A stretch of DNA of 64,000 bases from contig CM119376.1 in the NCBI GenBank assembly GCA_051294905.1, positions 17,360,001 to 17,424,000 of the forward strand. Direction: 5' to 3'. The position numbers and the translations under genes are program-made. The notes beneath the pieces are model-generated. The model saw only the letters and a list, made by a program, of their open reading frames with translations, ran no database searches and had not been told where the DNA came from. This stretch comes from Botryllus schlosseri. Its lineage: Eukaryota. Positions 60,801 through 64,000 of the stretch are shown here, piece by piece (position 1 is the stretch's first letter; the number at the start of each line of letters is the position of its first letter).

Positions 60801-61516
60801 TTATGGCATTGTGCGAAAATATCAGAGCGAGTGATCACAGTTTATTTATAAAACTGCTCGACTCCACATCAGATGATACAAAGAAGGCTATTTTACTCCA
60901 GCCATTCATTTTCGCTTGTCTCAAGGAATTCTCTGCGCGGTCGTTGATAAATCGACCGATTATAGCGGAGCAGAAAGATACGTGCAGACGCATTTTTCTA
61001 TGTACTTCTTTCGTTGACGATTCATTCAAAGCTTCTGTATCAGATTACACAAATTTTAAATTTCGTGAAAGTGCCAAAAATGCTTGGAAGATGCTTCAGT
61101 ATGTCAATTGCGCTTACAATGAGGTAAAGACAAAGTTCTTTCTCGTGTGCGTACTAACCATCATGGTCGAAAGAAAACGGGAGCAGCCACTCCATCATTT
61201 GCGGAAATGCAAGGAATTATCTCGCGTACACGGCTCTCTGTGGGAGAAGTCGACCCAAAAAGCCCCTCTTTTCGAGACGTTGCTAGGGTCGTCAAGATTT
61301 TACGTTCTGGGAAATAGTACTTACGAGGCGGTGTACAATCTGGCTGTAGATGTATCTGTTTTCGATTTTAGAAAATGTTGTGCATTGGTTTGGAAGCTGA
61401 TCCATACCCGAAAATTGAGACATAATTTGCTGCAGCGTTGTGTGCTGTTGTTAATAGATACAGCCGACACCGCCTACGGTGACTCTCGCAATCACGGTTT
61501 CGAATATAGACTGTAA
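57866..61516 (+). pseudogene. Copy C of the DUF294-like nucleotidyltransferase gene; one in-frame TAA (pseudogene, polymorphic allele or base error)
   Basis: ORFs 57866-58420 and 58463-61516 are in the same frame. TAA at 58418-58420 replaces AAA (Lys) of copy B at a T4/A6 junction. Otherwise collinear with B, with the motif GLGSIARDEVTLSSDFE intact. Confidence 0.85.
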
Positions 61517-62275
61517 CGTTCCAATTGAACAGAAAATGAATTACCTTTTATTGAAAGACATCCTTGATACCTGTAAACATATATTGTCCTTCCTCAGTCT
61601 CTTCGTCATTGCAGGAAAAAATCTATGAGAATAAGTGCCACATAGCTCATTAAATGGATGATACTTTTGTGCATATATATGAATGATACTTATCTATATA
61701 TTGAAGTATGACAATCGTGTTAAAATACGAACGATTCTAATCTCCCAGTCCCCGACCTGCAACTCTATGCATCTCAAGGGGCGTCAGATGGTGCTCCCGA
61801 CCACGGATATCTCGTGCCAATGTCCTTGTGAGATGAATTGGAAGAACAAATATATGTGGACGCAATTTAGCAGAACAATTCCTAATTTGATAAGTACTTT
61901 AGTGTATTTGATTTACGCATTTCATTTTCCTGCGTTATCAGATTTTTCAATCTTGTTTCCGTCGTAAATGCACATAGATCTCGATGGCTAATTTCCATCT
62001 GTCTATGGGCGAGCAATTGGCATAATTGCTTGTTACATGGTGGTCGCCGGTACCAGGTTTTGTCGACAGATTTTTTATACAAATTTAGTGATATATTGTT
62101 CCTTTCTTTAGCGTCAATTGTGTTTTGAATATCTTAGACGTTACTTCACCAAAACACAACCGCCATTTTTTTTTACTCAAGTAACAAGCGTTATTTCATG
62201 CACAATTGAGCATTGTAGGCTATATTATAGCAGAACTGAACTGTGGACGCGTCGATCATGACGGTTCGCATACAC

Positions 62276-62627
62276 CAGTGGTTCCCAACATGGGCGATAT
62301 CGCCCCCCAGGGGGCGATTTGGCGATCTAGGGGGCGAAAATGACGAAGGGGGCGATAGGGGGGCGAAAATGGACAAAGGGGGCGACGGGGGGCGAAAATA
62401 GCGAAGGGGGCGATAGGGGGGCGATGACGGAGTCATCCACCTAGCAATTCGGAGAGAAAAAACGTTATTTTCAGCTCTGAGCGGACAAAGATGACCTTTT
62501 TTTTTTAATCAACCCGCCGGTGATTACAGTCTGTATGCCCAATTATCGGTGCACAAAATTTGGGGGGCGATGATCGGTGTTGACCTTGAAAAGGGGGCGA
62601 TGGATCGAAAAAGGTTGGGAACCACTG
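62276..62627. mobile_element. hAT MITE with internal GGGGGCGA repeats
   Basis: TIR CAGTGGTTCCCAAC...GTTGGGAACCACTG; perfect TSD GCATACAC (62268-62275, 62628-62635). Confidence 0.92.
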
Positions 62628-64000
62628 GCATACACTGTCAATTCATTTCGTGACCATCTCCGTTCCCAACAATTTCTCGTATTTTCTCAGTTACCAAATT
62701 GTCTTAGTTGCTGGCGATTACCTCTGACGAGTGTCAGCCGAAAATATGCGGGTTCATTTCAATATTACTATACTGTTCAGGTACGAAATTGCAAACGAAG
62801 CCAATAAGACTACGAATCCCGGCCGGACAACACAATGACATTCTTTTGAGCATTTTGATCACCAACCGAAATTGCACTGAAACATTAAAGATGGGCGGAT
62901 TGGATATTAACACATTTATACATGATATCAACGTTCAATCCCAGTTACAATTTTAATGCTAAATTGATCTGGCATTATCATGTTCAATTACAAATCAATA
63001 TCCGATATTGATACTGCCCGATGTAGGCCTATAGTCCAAAGTCGCATAAAAATAGCAATAATATTAGAAACTATACGCATCAAAAAGGTTCCCAACATTC
63101 ATAAACCGACATGTAGCTAAAATCTGTAAATCTATTCTGGAACATGAAGAAATGGACAGATGTGGTCAAAGTAGTCATCATTGCTACTCAAGTACAGGTT
63201 GAAGAAGCGACGTAAATTTCTGCGGAAGTAAAAGTAGATTTACCGATTTCCAAGTAAGTAAAAAGCAAGCACTGTAGGCCTAGTTTGCATGAAAAAACTG
63301 AAAACGATAAAATAGAAGTAGCAGTATTCTAAAACGATAACCATTTGAGGAAGTTGTGCAAAAACCTACTTGGAGTACTTCAAAAAGTAGAAGTAGTTGA
63401 TTACTGACAACCTCCGAAAATGGAATCTAATTATGTCGAACGTAAAACACAGTCAGCCGGTCAGTAATGCAGTAAAGGCCTATTAATTTCGACTTCTTGA
63501 CGATGTGCAGTTTAGATATAGTGTTTCCCTATATTGGAACTACTGCTAACGGGACTTTGTTGTAAGACTATATACCCCCAGTTATGCTTCAACGGTGAAA
63601 CTTGCTTGAGCTTTAATCTTTAAATATTTTCAATTTAAAGTGGCAATTTTTACTATTTTCATTTGTGATATCAATGTAATTGTTTGGCCGTGGGTAAATG
63701 CCCCTTCACCGCTCATTATGGCTTGATTGCTTCTGTCCACGGTAGAATGTAAATTTATTGTGTCTTATAATCACAATTTGTCGTTGTGATGCATTTACTT
63801 AATCAGTTACACCCCGTTTTAACAAATGTCGAATATGTTACTTTTGTATATATATATAGATTTTTTTTTGTCGTGTATACTGCATATTATAATTTGTATG
63901 CACAAATACAGTCGAGTCCGTTTAATTCGGTCAGGATAACGCGGAAAACCACTTTATTCGGAAAATGAAAGAAAGTAAAAATTGCTCGTGACAAAACACG

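Noticed and set aside
1-64000. Bacterial, endosymbiont or phage origin of the whole window
   Set aside because: Spliceosomal introns, SINEs, eukaryotic MITEs and very low coding density surround and interleave the NTase genes.

Overview
AT-rich eukaryotic genomic DNA, most likely an invertebrate animal: GT-AG introns (some only 81-88 nt), tRNA-derived SINEs and dense hAT/Kolobok-type MITEs. An ascidian is plausible, but the sequence alone cannot establish the species. There is no prokaryotic operon, rRNA or CRISPR array, and most short entries in the ORF track are chance or repeat-derived. (1) Three co-oriented, intronless paralogues of a ~1,200-aa protein with a Pol-beta-superfamily, DUF294/GlnD-GlnE-like nucleotidyltransferase core (GLGS..AR.EVT.SSDFE) and a DUF294_C-like helical domain. 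Copy B (13351-16998) is intact, copy C (57866-61516) has one in-frame TAA, and copy A (<1-3538) has two frameshifts plus one TAA. (2) Between B and C lies a divergently oriented pair of small spliced paralogues largely missed by the ORF track (minus strand 31306-26989; plus strand ~42734/43439-43686). Each is followed by a ubiquitin-like (UBL) exon, and the core is tentatively profilin-like. (3) A 67-codon small ORF and a possible decayed STAND/NLR-like fragment. (4) Many non-autonomous transposons with perfect 8-bp target-site duplications (TSDs), including a triple nest and one retaining a hAT dimerisation-domain remnant, plus SINEs, a LINE remnant, palindromes and tandem repeats. Family assignments come from motif recognition by eye, not database searches.
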